A DNA stretch of 63,999 nt, the filler included, from Sphacelaria rigidula (taxonomy: Eukaryota): NCBI GenBank assembly GCA_964200075.2. It is 3 parts of 3 records of this genome, joined end to end, with 100 filler letters (N's around TTAATTAATTAA, not from the genome) between each part and the next. Parts side by side here need not be neighbours in the genome. Positions count along the whole stretch, not along the records: positions 43,728 to 63,999 come from CAXNAA020000547.1; 2 more parts are not named here. One strand, written 5' to 3'. The notes under the pieces are model-generated. The model was not told where the DNA came from, did no database searches, and saw only the letters and a program-made list of their open reading frames with translations. The position numbers were made by a program, and so were the translations under genes. Every line of letters begins with the position of its first letter. Positions within the stretch are counted from its first letter, which is position 1. Below, piece after piece: positions 50,001 through 62,585 of this stretch.

Positions 50001-53000
50001 TTTCGTTTTTTTGTGTAAACATGGTTAGGGGTAGGGCGTCCGTGTAGTGTTTTTAGTTACGTGCTTCTTGATATGCAAGGGGTTAATTCTCGAAAGGTGG
50101 ACATTTCTCGGAAGGGCCGGAGGAAATATATATCACACATGTACCACTACCAACGGGGGAGGGGGAGAAGGGACAGTTTGGACCTCTGCTTGGTGTGACT
50201 CTGCTGTGCATGGAGGTGTGCTTGTCCTCTGCGCGGCTGAGTCAGCTTCGCCATCATCACCGTTTTTGTGCCGCCTCAGTTCAATACGGGAGTTGCTCAT
50301 CTCACGAACGTGCTACAAGTTTGATAGATATGTTCTACGTACCATCAAACATCGCCCGCCACCGCCTTGCAGACTGCGGTCGAGGCAGGCACGCATACCT
50401 CAGATGTCGGGAAACATCAGCACAGCGAACGAGTTTTGTACATGTCTGATATGCTTAGCAGCATGCACGGTATAAGCCAAAGAAAGACAACGGGCCCAAC
50501 AAAAAATTCTCGACAATTTTGACGAAAAAGGTTACCGTGTACTCCGGAGTCTATTAGTTTTCGATTCCTGCGCCATTTGACAGCCGCATTTACTTCGGAA
50601 AAAACGGAAAAGCACGCGCGCGGGGGGTGGAGGGGTCGCTTCGGATGATACTTCTGCTGGTTTAGCCCGTCGGTACACGAGGGAGTCCACCTGCACACAC
50701 GCGTCTTGAGCGATGGACAGACTTGTCGGAATTAAAACCCCTTGTCGACGGTTGAAGTTCGTGCAGATAGATCATTATCGACATGGCTTTCGACTCTACA
50801 CATGTCATAGCCGACCAAATACTGGGATGAGGAGGGGGCGGGGACACACACGAAGGACTACCGGCTTCGACGAATGCTTACTTTGGGACCTGGGATGCCT
50901 CCAGGGCAACTTGGGCGTCCTCCTTTAGCATCTCCTTCTTCTTAGAAGTATTGCATCCCTTTAGGTGCGTGGGCAAGTTCGCGATGTCAAACGGCGTCAG
51001 GTTCCTGCCAAATTCACGCCGAACAGCAGACAACGGACAGCAAGGACAGAGGGCAGCCCAAGCAGTCAGCTCATGAGTCCTTCGACTGATTGGTCATTTT
51101 TTGAAGTGGTAGAGGTGCGTACATGGGGGGAAGTAGCTGTCGGTGGCAAAGGAAGTGGCGCGCCGAAGATGGGACTCAGAGGGTTTGTCACAATTTTATG
51201 TTTGTGTTGCAGCGTTCAAAGAGACGAATTTACGTCCAATCACGGAGAGAGAAAACAGTTGTGAAAAACGCCAAAAACCGCGAAAATGGCGATCTAGGTC
51301 CACACGTTGACTTCAACGAGATCGCCATTTTTTGCAGATGAGACGAGCCACTGTTTCAAGATTGTAGGTAGACCGTGGTGGCTGCTCCTTTTCTCTGACG
51401 GGGAGCATAGGGTCATTTGTTGAATCGACTTCAACTTCACTTGGAAAAAGTATGCATGGTCCAGATAGACTACCCTCGCGGCCTAGGGGTTAACTTCCTT
51501 CAGGCAGCGCTTTCGGGCGTCGTGCTTTCCTTTCTCGAAAACACAAGAACATATCGCATTCGGAACTTCAAGAATGTTCTAGAGACAAAAGAAAGATATG
51601 GGTCGTGATACTCATGTCAGTAACAAGTATGACGAAACATCATGATGCGCAGGGGATCGCTGGCGGCATGGATATAAACACCTCCCTTTTCCGCTTCTTT
51701 GAAATAGCAACGCACACACGGTTTCTAACAAATAACTGAGGAAACTCTGACGTAAATAACTACCACTGCATACCCGCACCGAAGCAACACGTACATACGC
51801 GAAACCTGAGTTGTGTCGTATTAATAGCAGTACATGAATGTCAAGGGTGAAATATACGATAACTCGTGAAACTAACTCACTTCGTGGAATTTCATTTAAA
51901 TTGTATTGAATATTGAATATTGAATATTGAATAAACACGGTAAACACGCATACTTTTCAAAGACGAAATTGGAAACAAAAACTTACTTGTAAGGGATGGC
52001 AGCGAACGAACGCCACTTATCATAGAACTTGATGAGGTGGCTTCTGCCGAGGGAAGCGTAAGCGATTCTCGAAGCCTCGCGCGAGTTCTTGTCTTTTCCC
52101 AGGAATCGGGGGTCCCACACGATACCCGGCCACGGAGCGGAGCGCGGGCTCTTGGCCCATACAACCTGCGGCGGCAACGTATACGCCATCATCCAAACGT
52201 GACCACGCGTGTTTGTAGTTGGACGGGCTTGTCGGAAGGGAGGGTTACGTCATACACAACTGCAGCGTAGTGTATCGGTTGATCTCTACAGTGATTTCTC
52301 TTGCTATGCCGTAGTGGTCTATTTCTTTGCACTACAACTGTTCGAGCAAAAATCGGCACTTTTCGTTTTACAGCGTGTATTGCACGTACACATGTTACTA
52401 GAGCCTCTTGCACAAAAATATATTAAATCATAACTTCATGAACTTCCTCCATCAGACTGTGAAAACCTAGCTCACTGCACTACTATCGTACACTGCCTAC
52501 CCCGTATCCTGTGTCGGGAGGAGTTCTACCGCAAGGTCTATTATGACCTCATTATCCCTCCTTATGGCATTGTCACTCGAAAACCTGGTTCATGTCACTA
52601 TCCTCAGATGTACCCTTTGTCCTATAAAAAGAGCAGGGTCGTGAACGCGGGGAATGTCAGTGTAAAATATGAATACATTATATGTACCGCACATGAACAT
52701 AATGTGTGTGGTATATTAGGAGGAACCTCGAGGGAGCGAAAACATAGGGGACAAGGAGTGGAATGGCTCGTGTTTACGGTGAAAAGGACGTGTTCTCCCG
52801 CTCCGCAGGACCTGGGATCGACTGGATCATGCATAATACAGTCTTATGAATGCGACATCCAAGATCTATGACTACACTTCTCCCTCTCACGACATACAAC
52901 TCTGTACAGGAGAAAATCATGTAGCGAAGGGTAGGAGGTGGGAAGTTTCATCATTCACCACAAAGGCAAATGGCTACAGGTACGAACGTTGTACCATATG

Positions 53001-54144
53001 GGTGTTCGCAGTATGTACTGTTTTCCTCTAGTGGAACATCCAACACATGAATTCTGTACTGTATGTACCCTGGTTGGGTCCCTCCGCTTGGTTGTTACCC
53101 CGTAAATGGATGCTATTGTGTAGCACCAGCGAGCAGCACAGAGAGCCTGCTCCGAACAAAACATGCGTTGTAGGGTACTAATGTGCTGTGTCGCACGGTG
53201 CTGCACCACTGTGCTTCCACGGCTGTTTTACTGTCCCACATACAGTACTTTTAAAAAATGGGCACTCAAAGATAAAAGGAAGCCGCCGAAAAAGCGCAAG
53301 GCCCAACTGCCTGAACCGACACATGCATTATTGCTGTTGGGGATCCCGTAGGATGTGCGTACTTGGGCACCCAGGAATACAGTACAACCGCACTATCCCA
53401 CAAGGGCTCCAACCCTTCGCACGAAACAGATGAAACAAATCCCCAAGGTTCTTCGCTCACATTTCCGAACTGCGCCTTAGTCTGAGAGGGCAAATAATGC
53501 ACGTTGTCCTCCTCGGACCAATCGTCCGACTCGCGCCCTTGCCCATCGTCCTCCTCTTCATCCTCCTGCCCAGCCCCAGTATACCCATATGTACCGTCGC
53601 CACCGCCGCCGCCGCTCGATGATGAAGGCGTAGCGACTGAACCTCGCGGCGACACGGACGTCGAAGCCTTTGGTGTTGGAGGAAGTGAGGCAGCACTAGG
53701 GCTGGTGGCTCCTTCCAAAGGTTTCTTGCGTGGTCTACCTCGTCCGCGCGGGGCAGGAGTCGGCGGTGCCCGGGAGGAAACCGAGGTCGAGGCGATGTTG
53801 TCTTTGTTGTTACTATTGTCGTCTTCGGCAACGTGATTGTTCTCCAACGGCCCACCATTTTCTGTAGAATTTTCAGCATCACCGGGAATAGTGGGGGTAG
53901 GGCTGTTCACGCCGCCTGCCCCGCTCGCCGAGTCTTGCTGGAGCTGATGATGCCGGTCATGAGGACGCTCGTTCATCCCGTTTTGGCCTCCCGCGGAACC
54001 CTCCTCGTGACGGTCATTACTGTTATTGTTACCATCATTGCTTCTGTCGCCATGCTCTGTATTTGCCGCGTCTTGTTCAAAACTCGCCCTTCCGTGCCTA
54101 CTCGGACCTCGCCTGGTGGGATTCGACCCTCTATCTCTTGCCAT
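44011..54144 (-). CDS. AT-hook/PWWP/TFIIS N-terminal/TFIIS central-domain protein, about 1101 aa (exons 54144-53461, 52165-51987, 51004-50882, 49986-49497, 49177-48590, 48213-47896, 47475-46825, 46215-46114, 45748-45633, 44065-44011)
   Basis: PWWP: FGN|VVWAKSPRSAPWPGIV...HLIKFYD. Three RGRP AT-hooks. TFIIS-N/LW: DVLEALRR|LGELEPSEELLRQSGCGKAVSSVRK...ASALRSRW. TFIIS-M: RRRALGML...AIEKELY...YLRRLRMAVFSM...LRDKVMSEMVLPRDFATKNADEL. All junctions are GT-AG and sum to 3306 nt in frame. Confidence 0.82.
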
Positions 54145-54392
54145 GGCTTTGCGCTGATTTGTACCTGGCTATTTCCCTGCTGTGCGAGAGGACCGTGTTT
54201 TACGCCTGTACAGAAGAGAGGACGAGGTCATAATTTATTTCAAGGCTTTAAGGTTGGTCGTACTCCAATAAAGATGCAAAAGGTGCTGCTCTCAAGCTGC
54301 TCGACTTGTGCTCCACCTTGGCTACACTGCTATCTATCGTCCAGGAAGCACAAGCTGGGGCAGGCGAGTAACGGCGTACACAAGCAAGCATT
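54145..54392. promoter_or_regulatory. Probable bidirectional promoter between the PWWP gene and cytochrome b5
   Basis: Head-to-head ATGs 248 bp apart. Confidence 0.55.
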
Positions 54393-57300
54393 ATGACGGA
54401 GAAAGAGGTTTCGATGACGGAGGTGGCCACCCACAATAGCAAGGAAAGTGTATGGCTGGTCATAAAAGACATGAACGATGGCGGTGAGTGAGCAGTAGGC
54501 AGTTTTCCCTGCAAGCTGTCGTAGCCGTAGGGACGTTGCTCAGCGTCGTGAAGTGTACTGTTGTCCGTACTCACCGTGCTGTCCGTTGATGCAATCTGGC
54601 CTGTTGTGCTGTGGGCTCCATGGCCACACGGTGCTGTTTGTATCCTAACATACCGAGAATCTTTTTGTATTATCCGATTGGGCCGTAGTTGACTTCCTTT
54701 GTTCTGCCTCCTCTGACAAAGGGGCTATGTATAATGCTGGACGGCACGTAGACATACAGAGAGTCTACCGCATAGCAGTGGACACTCATTTCCCGAAGTC
54801 GTCCCTCGTCCCTTCTCGGGCCAAGAGGTGATAGGAGAGTTTCGATATACTCCATAAAAACGCACATATAGTACAGTAGTATATGGCTGCCGTGGTTGCT
54901 GGCGTACTTCACACGTAGCTCTTGTCGCCAGTGGATTTGCTGTTATCTTGTTTCAGTATCGATCCATCTGGTACATCGTATGCGGTATGGTGTGTTTGTG
55001 TTCCGAGTGTACCGTACGGTTGTCGGTGGTTTGGGTACGCCAGAAACCGGGTATGATCATGGTTGCTGCTTGTATCCTGTGCTTCGGAACTTGTACATCC
55101 TCAAGCCGTCGTTCGTACTGTACGGTGATGTACAGTCCGCACTAAGGCGCTGTGTAGTTGTACTGTACTCTACTGTTCGTACTGAGCTGTTTCTTTCCTT
55201 TCGGAAGCTGATCGGCAGAGTTAACGTTAGAGTTTATAAGATGCTGAAGTATGAAGTATCTACTGAACTGACTTGCCCACTCCACGTTTATCATACGTAC
55301 GAGAGTGGTCCTAAATACAGTAGGGGGCGGTCTAACTATTTAGGGGTGTTTTGGGATTTTCCTCGCGTACTACTCTTCGATAGAGGTCGAAATTGCTAGC
55401 GTCGGTAGATTTTGGTACAACACAGCAGATCATCCTCGAAAAACAGTGCCCAAGTCAGTGTATGTTGGTGTTATCGGCCTAAACGAGGAAATACCCCGTT
55501 CATCAGGAGGGTGTTATTGACCGTGAAACACAGTTTTTCGCCCCCAGTGCAATGAGTAGGCGAAAATTAAAAAAAAATAAAGTTTACATTTCTTGACAAA
55601 TATGATCAGGACGGGCTCGATCGACCGAAAATACAAAAAGGTAAGAATCTGGGCTGAAACGTGGCAGAACCCCCGATGACCGGTCAGCCCGTAAGTCACT
55701 CAATATTGAGTACAGGTCATTTTTTCTTCTTCGAATGTGGAGCGGATACAAATATCTTCAGATCCCCGATGTGATCAGCGATGGAAAGCGAAAAAAGCCC
55801 AAGAAAATCGCCAATTTCGAAAAAACCACAAACTGCCACAAAATGAATAGTTAGACCGCCCACTACTGTACCGTAGCCCCTCTGAACCAGGCCACTACTT
55901 TCAGTGCTTTACATTGCAATATATTATTCGCTCTCAAGAGCTACCATAGAATATGGTGTTTTATCACCCGTGCGTATTGTCATGAACAAGGGTTCGACTA
56001 AGTCTCGTGTGGGGGAGAGGGTTAGACCCACTTTTATGGCAACGAATCTCGATTTTTTTGGGACCCCAATTTTGGAAAAATCGGGGGGATTCACATTCGT
56101 AGAGCTCGGAAATGGTACCAGTTATAACTGGCTATCATCATTATAATGGTGATAATAGCAATGGTTGTATGTAAAGTTTGGATAATGGTTTCAAACCATG
56201 ATTACCGATGCCGGCTTTTTAAGCCGTTACCGGCTACGTATGCTACATACAGCCCTTGAAAATCGGCCCAAACTGTATTTTCTAGCTCTAGTGAAGCTCA
56301 ATCGCGTGAAAACGTGCCTCCGGCACGGCGCCTCCAGCGCGGCCCTCTCCGCCGGGGGGGCTGTTTGGCCCGTGGCTGCGCTGCTCGATGATGAACCATT
56401 ATGTACCATTTAACTGGTTAGTGAGTGCGCTACGCGTATCCATTCAACTGGTTAATGGTTGGACAGACCATTTCCGAGCTCTACAAATTCGTGGATTCAA
56501 AATCGGGTGACCGTTTTCATGGCACAGACAGAACAGTATCACAGATTTGTGAAACGGTTCCCCACACAGACGGTCATTTTCTGCATGACTGTGGTACTGC
56601 GTACTCGTGCATGAAGCCGAAGAGCAGGTAGGCGGTAAACAATCCTTTGAGTACAGTGTCGTACCTTGGTACCCTAGGGTAATACAGTGCAGGATACTGC
56701 ATCAGTACTGTACTTGATGATGCCGTGTGGTGGTACATGATGGGACAGCCAGTATTGCGAGAACAGAGAACAAACAGTGCGCGAGCAGATCTCAGTAGCG
56801 CAGTGCCGCACATCACCCCTCAAGTTCAGCGACAACAGCTAGGAGAGTACAGCAGCGTCCGTTATCGTGATACATATGGCAGCGCAGCACAGCATAAAAT
56901 ACTACCATCGCCGCAGGGTACGGCGTCAGCACTTACTATCCGCTTGTCAAACCCCGTGCGAAGTTGCTTCAGCAGCTGGGGCGGGCAGTAGGCACGCCCT
57001 GTGCTGTCACGAGACTGTATTCTGCTGCCGTTGCAAAAATATTAAACGCCTCGTACTCTAGCATTGTACGTCAATGTACGTACGTCACCCCAAAAAAATC
57101 GGGGGCAGTCACGTGCTACAAGATGGGAGATTACCGCTCTGAGATCGTGACTCCCCGATTTTTTCGCCCCCGATCTGGTCCAAATCCGTGTCGATGAGAT
57201 GCGTTTCCCGACTTTTCCCCCCCCGATGCTCGAAAAAACCGAGATTCATGCCTGCCATAAAACGTCTTACTTAAGTCACGGCAGAGTCTGGGCGAGAACT

Positions 57301-60300
57301 GTGTTGTGTGTGTGAAGTGGCAACGCGTTGGCTCCCCGCCGCTGAATAAGACCCATTCCAGACGGTGGGATACTGGCCTTTAGTACCGTATGCGCGTTTT
57401 TTCTTTGAAATTATGCTTTTTTTAAAGTAGTTTTTAAATATTTTTTGAGCCCCACTTTCAGTCTTTTTAGCGGAAATTATGCGCCCTTTATGCGCCTTGT
57501 TCCCGTCCTTGTTGTGGCGTTGTGGCAGTTTTCACTCACGAGGCGTGTCCTTCTACCATGAGGACAAGACGACAAGTTGGCTATTTCGGAAATTCGAGGT
57601 TAATTTTCAATAAAAAGATTGACTCTTTTCTTCGGTCATTTGAGTTTGTAGACCACAACCTGCTCGCCTCCACCCTAACCCACGTACGGAAACAGCAAAT
57701 CCCATTACACTTAAGATACATGATGGAGCAGTAGGGCATTGTAGTCTCTGGACCCAGGGCATTGCAGCCTTTGGCCTCTCGCCCGGCAACCTGCAAGCTA
57801 AAAGCTACCGCTCTCCCCCCCTCATCGTCGACCGTCAGTCGGTATTGAAAATCTTGTCGAACTACAGGTAACGATTGTACTTGATCACAACCGCGGATTC
57901 GATCCGGTCACCCAACGCCTTCTCCTGCAGGGAGTTCAAGGACCCCCTCAAAATCGAAAACATCCGCTCCATAGACGCGGACGATGGCCGGATAAGTACA
58001 GTATCCATCGCCACGAGATACCGACTGGGAAGCCGGTACTTGTTGTCGTCCCAAAACGACAGCAAACCGTAATCTGACTGCGCGCCTGAGACGGTGACCA
58101 AGAAGTTGTCCTCTGACAGTAGGCACGTCATGCCCTCGGGAGTTACGACGGGGAAAACAGCAAGCTGTCGGACCCCGTTCCCGATGTAGCCTGCTTGCTG
58201 CTCCATATAAACGAAGTCGATGGCCTTGGTTTATCTGAAAATCTTCATCAACCAAGTCACATTATTGAAAAATTACATAGTATCATTATATATAAAATAT
58301 AAAGTGGAGGTTTGCTGATCAGATCCGCAACAAAGTAAAAACACGAAACACGACCATGCAAGTTTAAAGTATTGAAGCTTGAAGCCTGTCGGCCTGTATG
58401 GCGACGAGTCACGCCACATGGAGCACTTGCGGTCAGCTGACTGCAGGAGGCACATAAAAAGTTATCGCAACTTCTTGCGCGTTTTATGCGCATTTACAGC
58501 ATGTCAACCCTTTTGGAACTCACAATGGACAATTGATGAGTTGCAATTGACGGTTTTTGAGCAATGTATGGTTGATGCTTCACAGCTCCGACGCAATAAC
58601 ATTCGCCCAATGCGTATTTTTGAGAACCGTGCGAGTGACGAGCGGCACAAAAGAAGGATCCCCATTTGCCGATCTGCCGTACCAGACCCGGGAACCTGTT
58701 GCTGTTCTTTGAAAGGAATATTTCATGGTGTTTTTGCTAATTATTGTCGATGGATACAATTGGATACACTTCATCCGTTGCGTGGTATGACGAGACAAAC
58801 CTCACCCGACCTCTCCAGGGAGGACATTTTTCCTACACCCGCCGCGTGTGCTACTGGATTGTTCTTCGGTCTTCCATTATCAAAATGGTCGCCGTCGGCC
58901 TTCTCTGCTTTTATATTTTCCTCTTCGATAGGGCTTTTTATAATGAGGCGTTTTGCTCGGGGACAGGAGGGGAGGGTTCTAAAAGGGTTAAGCTCGTTTG
59001 AATCATATTGAGCTAATTATGAGCTTTGCGATAAAAAATGCCCTTTCAAGTTCAAAAAGCTCAAATTGAGCTAAACTTTATGCGCGCATACGGAACTATA
59101 ATCTATAGGATACTTTCGCAAACGTTCCGTCGGCTTTACCCTTCTTCCGATCGGAAAAACAGCCAAAACGACAGGTTCATGCCACACGTCTTGGGCATTC
59201 GCCACATCCCACTCATCTTTGTCACTAGTATGACCAACACCATGATCACTGCGGAGGAGAGTAAGCATGACATATATATAGTGCAGGGCAACCGTTGTGT
59301 GTATCGTACGGGGCTGGGCGGGGGTCAAACAAACAGCAGTGCTGACTTCAGGCGATGCCGACTTTCCGAAGATTCAGAAACGTACATCGCGATGGAAAAA
59401 ATGCCCCCGGAGTTTCCATATATGTGTATGTATATATTTTTATCGAAAAGTTTTCATGGAGAGTGGTGGAAAGCAGGAACTTTCGGAAAAATGCCCCATT
59501 TCCTATCGTTTTGAACGGCCCTAACTGGTCAATTTTTCAGCTGAAAAAAAAGAAGCAGTTGGAAACTTTTTTCGACTTCTCCCAAAAACTAATGCTGAAG
59601 AAAATCCAATGCTAATAGATTTCCAGAGGAATCGGTAGCAAGCCTTGAATCGATCTATTACCTGAAGTGGTGAAGAAACTTGTCCTCACATTTCTCGGAG
59701 AAAGTGGAAACTGTCTGAAAATGGCGGAGGGGTTTTGGTGGGAAACAAGAGACCAGTTAGTAATGCCCTCGACACCCTCTGCTGATGAGTTTTCGGCTAC
59801 GTTGCTCACTGTAGCAGTAGTTCAGTAAGGCACAGGGGCATCCCCTGAACGACAGCTCTCGAGCAAATGAATCATCGGCTGTCAAAAGGCTTTTGCTTCT
59901 TATGCGCATTTTCTTTTTTCATGCGCGTTTTTCATTTTTTTTCATGTTCAAAAGTGAACATTGTGCGCCGATTTATGCGTATTATGGTGAAGTATGCGCG
60001 ACTTATGCGTCTTTTTCGCGTCGTTCTTGAGGTGGTTCCTGGTGGGTTCCTGGCGGCACCGCCCATGGACCGTACCTTCCGGCAGGAAAACAAGACTGCA
60101 CGTTAAACATTTCGAGATTTCACGATTGCTTGGAAGGAAGGCTTGATCGCTTTTCTCTTTGTTTATTGGTTTTGAAGGCCATAACGGAAATAATAATAAT
60201 AAAAAATCCAAAGTGAAAAAAAAAATGATGAGAATAAAAAAAGCTTGGCGCTTTTTCTCTCTCCCTCTGCTCCTCAGCAGTCTCCTTCGCATCGCGCTGT

Positions 60301-61757
60301 TGAGGCGCCGGAGTCCGCACCTCCGTCACCTCGACGTCTTTCTGCTCTGCCAGAGTAGTATAGTGCTCACTGCTGTGCTGTCGGTGCACTGTGTTCTGTG
60401 CGCTGCGCACCGTACAGTTGTGGATTGGACTGTTCGGCGTGTGACGTTGTGGCGGGAGCCGCTGTTTGATGTGAAAAATGACACATTTATTTTTTTCATC
60501 AGTTTCACATGAACATAGAGTAGCTCACACACAGAAGCATAGCCGGTATCAGACCCGCACAAATTGAAAAAAGAAGAAATTACGAACACAAACGCCACGA
60601 CTCCACGAACCACGCCACATGGAGCACCCGTGGGCAGGTACTAGCTGCTGAACATGGGGTGCATAATCCTGTTGGAGTACTATATGCGCCAAGTTATGCG
60701 TAAAACTTAGCTTTTATGCCTTTGTTATTCTGAAATCTCCAAGAACATATGTTTTGAAAAAAACGCATATGCTTATGCACGAAACCCCGTTTTATGCGAA
60801 ATTGTATGTGCGCATAAGACGCAAAAACCTAGCTGTCGAAAGGCCACCAGTATTGGGATTGCATCGCCGTATTCCTTTATACGACACTCCTGTACTGTAC
60901 AGTACCCACGACCTATACCCAGCTTGGTGCAGGTACATGTTACTGATGTGCAGTCAGTTTACACGGCATCCTACACTGCTGTTGAAAACCTGCCGCCCCA
61001 ACAGTCGCTGACACAGCTCGCAGATACGGATGGGAAAGCAGTGTGCTTGTTAAATCGGCAAAGGCCACGCTGGAGTCCAGCCGCAAAGTCCTTTACTTCC
61101 AAAATAATGAACAGTAGTAGTCCGCGCTACCAGTAAGCCACTGTTTCCCCTCGACGCATGTCCTATCCCAAAAGGTCGTGTTCATCTGTCATATTTCAAT
61201 CAGCATTCCTGAGGTATTATCGCCCCCCAACACGCTTGGACGTCGTGGACATCTATCTGATGACAGCACACAGCAGCATATATCCGATACATGTATTCAA
61301 AGATTCAAGATGCAATCGTTTATACCGTCATCCTGCCTCCTGTTTCCCCCGCGCAATCTAAGGCGTGTTTTTTATTGGTATTTTTTTCAAAATTTATTCA
61401 CCTTTTTGCTTCGCGTGGAATGTTGTACTCTGTTGACGATTTGATATCCAGATACACCCAAGGTTTATGACGTGACGGAGTACCTTGACGATCATCCGGG
61501 CGGGGCGGAAGTTATGCTGGAGGTGGCAGGGCAGGACGCAACGAGAATGTTTGAAGACATCGGACACTCGTCGGACGCGCGAACGGAGATGAAAAAGTAC
61601 GAGATAGGGCTTCTCAAGGTGATGGCAGATGATGGTTGCACTCCACATACGCGCCAATTGTGTTGTAGCTCTGTGCTCTCGACTTATGATCGTAATTACA
61701 ACACGAATAGTAATAGTAGTGATGATAACAAGAGCGATTGTCATAGTAATAATATTA

Positions 61758-61820
<63 letters not shown>

Positions 61821-61985
61821 ATAATTGTAATATACTAACAAAGAACACACATAAGTTTTGTGTTGTGCGAGTCCTTGTTTTCTCGTCTTTGCGTTTGCAT
61901 TTGTTCTTCACCAAGCACAAGAACGATAAAATGAATCCTATCGTTGTTGCCGACAAGTGGTTTTTAATTCAACGCGCCGGTAGGG

Positions 61986-62020
<35 letters not shown>

Positions 62021-62585
62021 CCCTGTTTGTGTGAGTTACCCTTCTCATAGTACCGAAGGCGTTGTTGAAACTGCATAAATGAAAGTTCATTTTTCAATAG
62101 TTACAGTAGTTTTGTGTCGCAAATTCTGTCATAAAAACCGGACGGAGGGACGTGTGTCCTGTCTTTGGCGCTTTTTTTTCTTGTATGATGTGAAATACTT
62201 GCTTCCAATACTCATAGCTCTGAGGGAAGAGCGATGCCGTTCTTCAGCTTTGTGCCGATTTCCACGAACCGGGACCGAAAAAAATGCTAGGAGAATATAT
62301 GAATTTACCCGATGAATGTAACCTTTATTGCGTTCCTTCCGTCACACAACTGGTTTAGGAAAAAATACTGACGAACTGACCGAAGAACGTTTTCTGCTGT
62401 TTTTTTTTTTTTTTTTCGCGGGTTTGATAATAATATACTTGGGGTGCAAAAAAAATGTAAGCTGACCGAGGAGGAGAAGGAGCAACTAGCGGTAGAAGCT
62501 GCGAAAAAGGCGGCAAGGAAGCATAAGGAAGGGGGCGGGCTCAACCCTCTCGCGGTTCTGGTTTTGCTCTTGGCGATTGCAGTGG
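54393..62585 (+). CDS. CYB5: Cytochrome b5, tail-anchored (exons 54393-54483, 61452-61618, 62462-62585; last few codons uncertain)
   Basis: [15 protein letters not shown]...[15 protein letters not shown]...AGQDAT..FEDIGHS.DAR..MKKYEIG (HPGG heme motif, both axial His), C-terminal hydrophobic [14 protein letters not shown]. Confidence 0.93.
55318..55868. mobile_element. Tc1/mariner-type MITE (551 bp) with TA target-site duplication
   Basis: ta|CAGTAGGGGGCGGTCTAACTATT ... AATAGTTAGACCGCCCACTACTG|ta. Confidence 0.88.
55990..57300. mobile_element. Older element with degenerate inverted ends, hosting the hAT MITE
   Basis: ttttatggcaacgaatctcgattttttt (about 56033) vs aaaaaaccgagattcatgcctgccataaaa (about 57233). 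Confidence 0.4.
56100..56483. mobile_element. hAT-type MITE (384 bp) with an 8-bp TSD
   Basis: cacattcg|TAGAGCTCGGAAATGG ... CCATTTCCGAGCTCTA|caaattcg (TSD with one mismatch). Confidence 0.85.
57380..60830 (-). mobile_element. Decayed hAT transposon with C-terminal dimerisation domain (57862-58206)
   Basis: [13 protein letters not shown]...[13 protein letters not shown]...[14 protein letters not shown]; clusters of a TATGCG(C) motif at both ends and internally; upstream frames disrupted; termini approximate. Confidence 0.75.
61757..61820. repeat. (TTA)n microsatellite
   Basis: About 20 perfect units, intronic. Confidence 0.95.
61985..62020. repeat. (GTT)n microsatellite
   Basis: About 12 units, intronic. 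Confidence 0.9.

Noticed and set aside
50417-50698. Extra exon of the PWWP gene
   Set aside because: It has an acceptor-like site but no recognisable content, and the flanking exons join in frame without it.
58379-59514. Plus-strand ORFs of 210 and 158 aa
   Set aside because: Antisense to the decayed hAT transposase, with no recognisable motifs.
61629-62050. Poly-Ile/poly-Tyr/poly-Val ORFs as membrane proteins
   Set aside because: Translations of intronic microsatellites.
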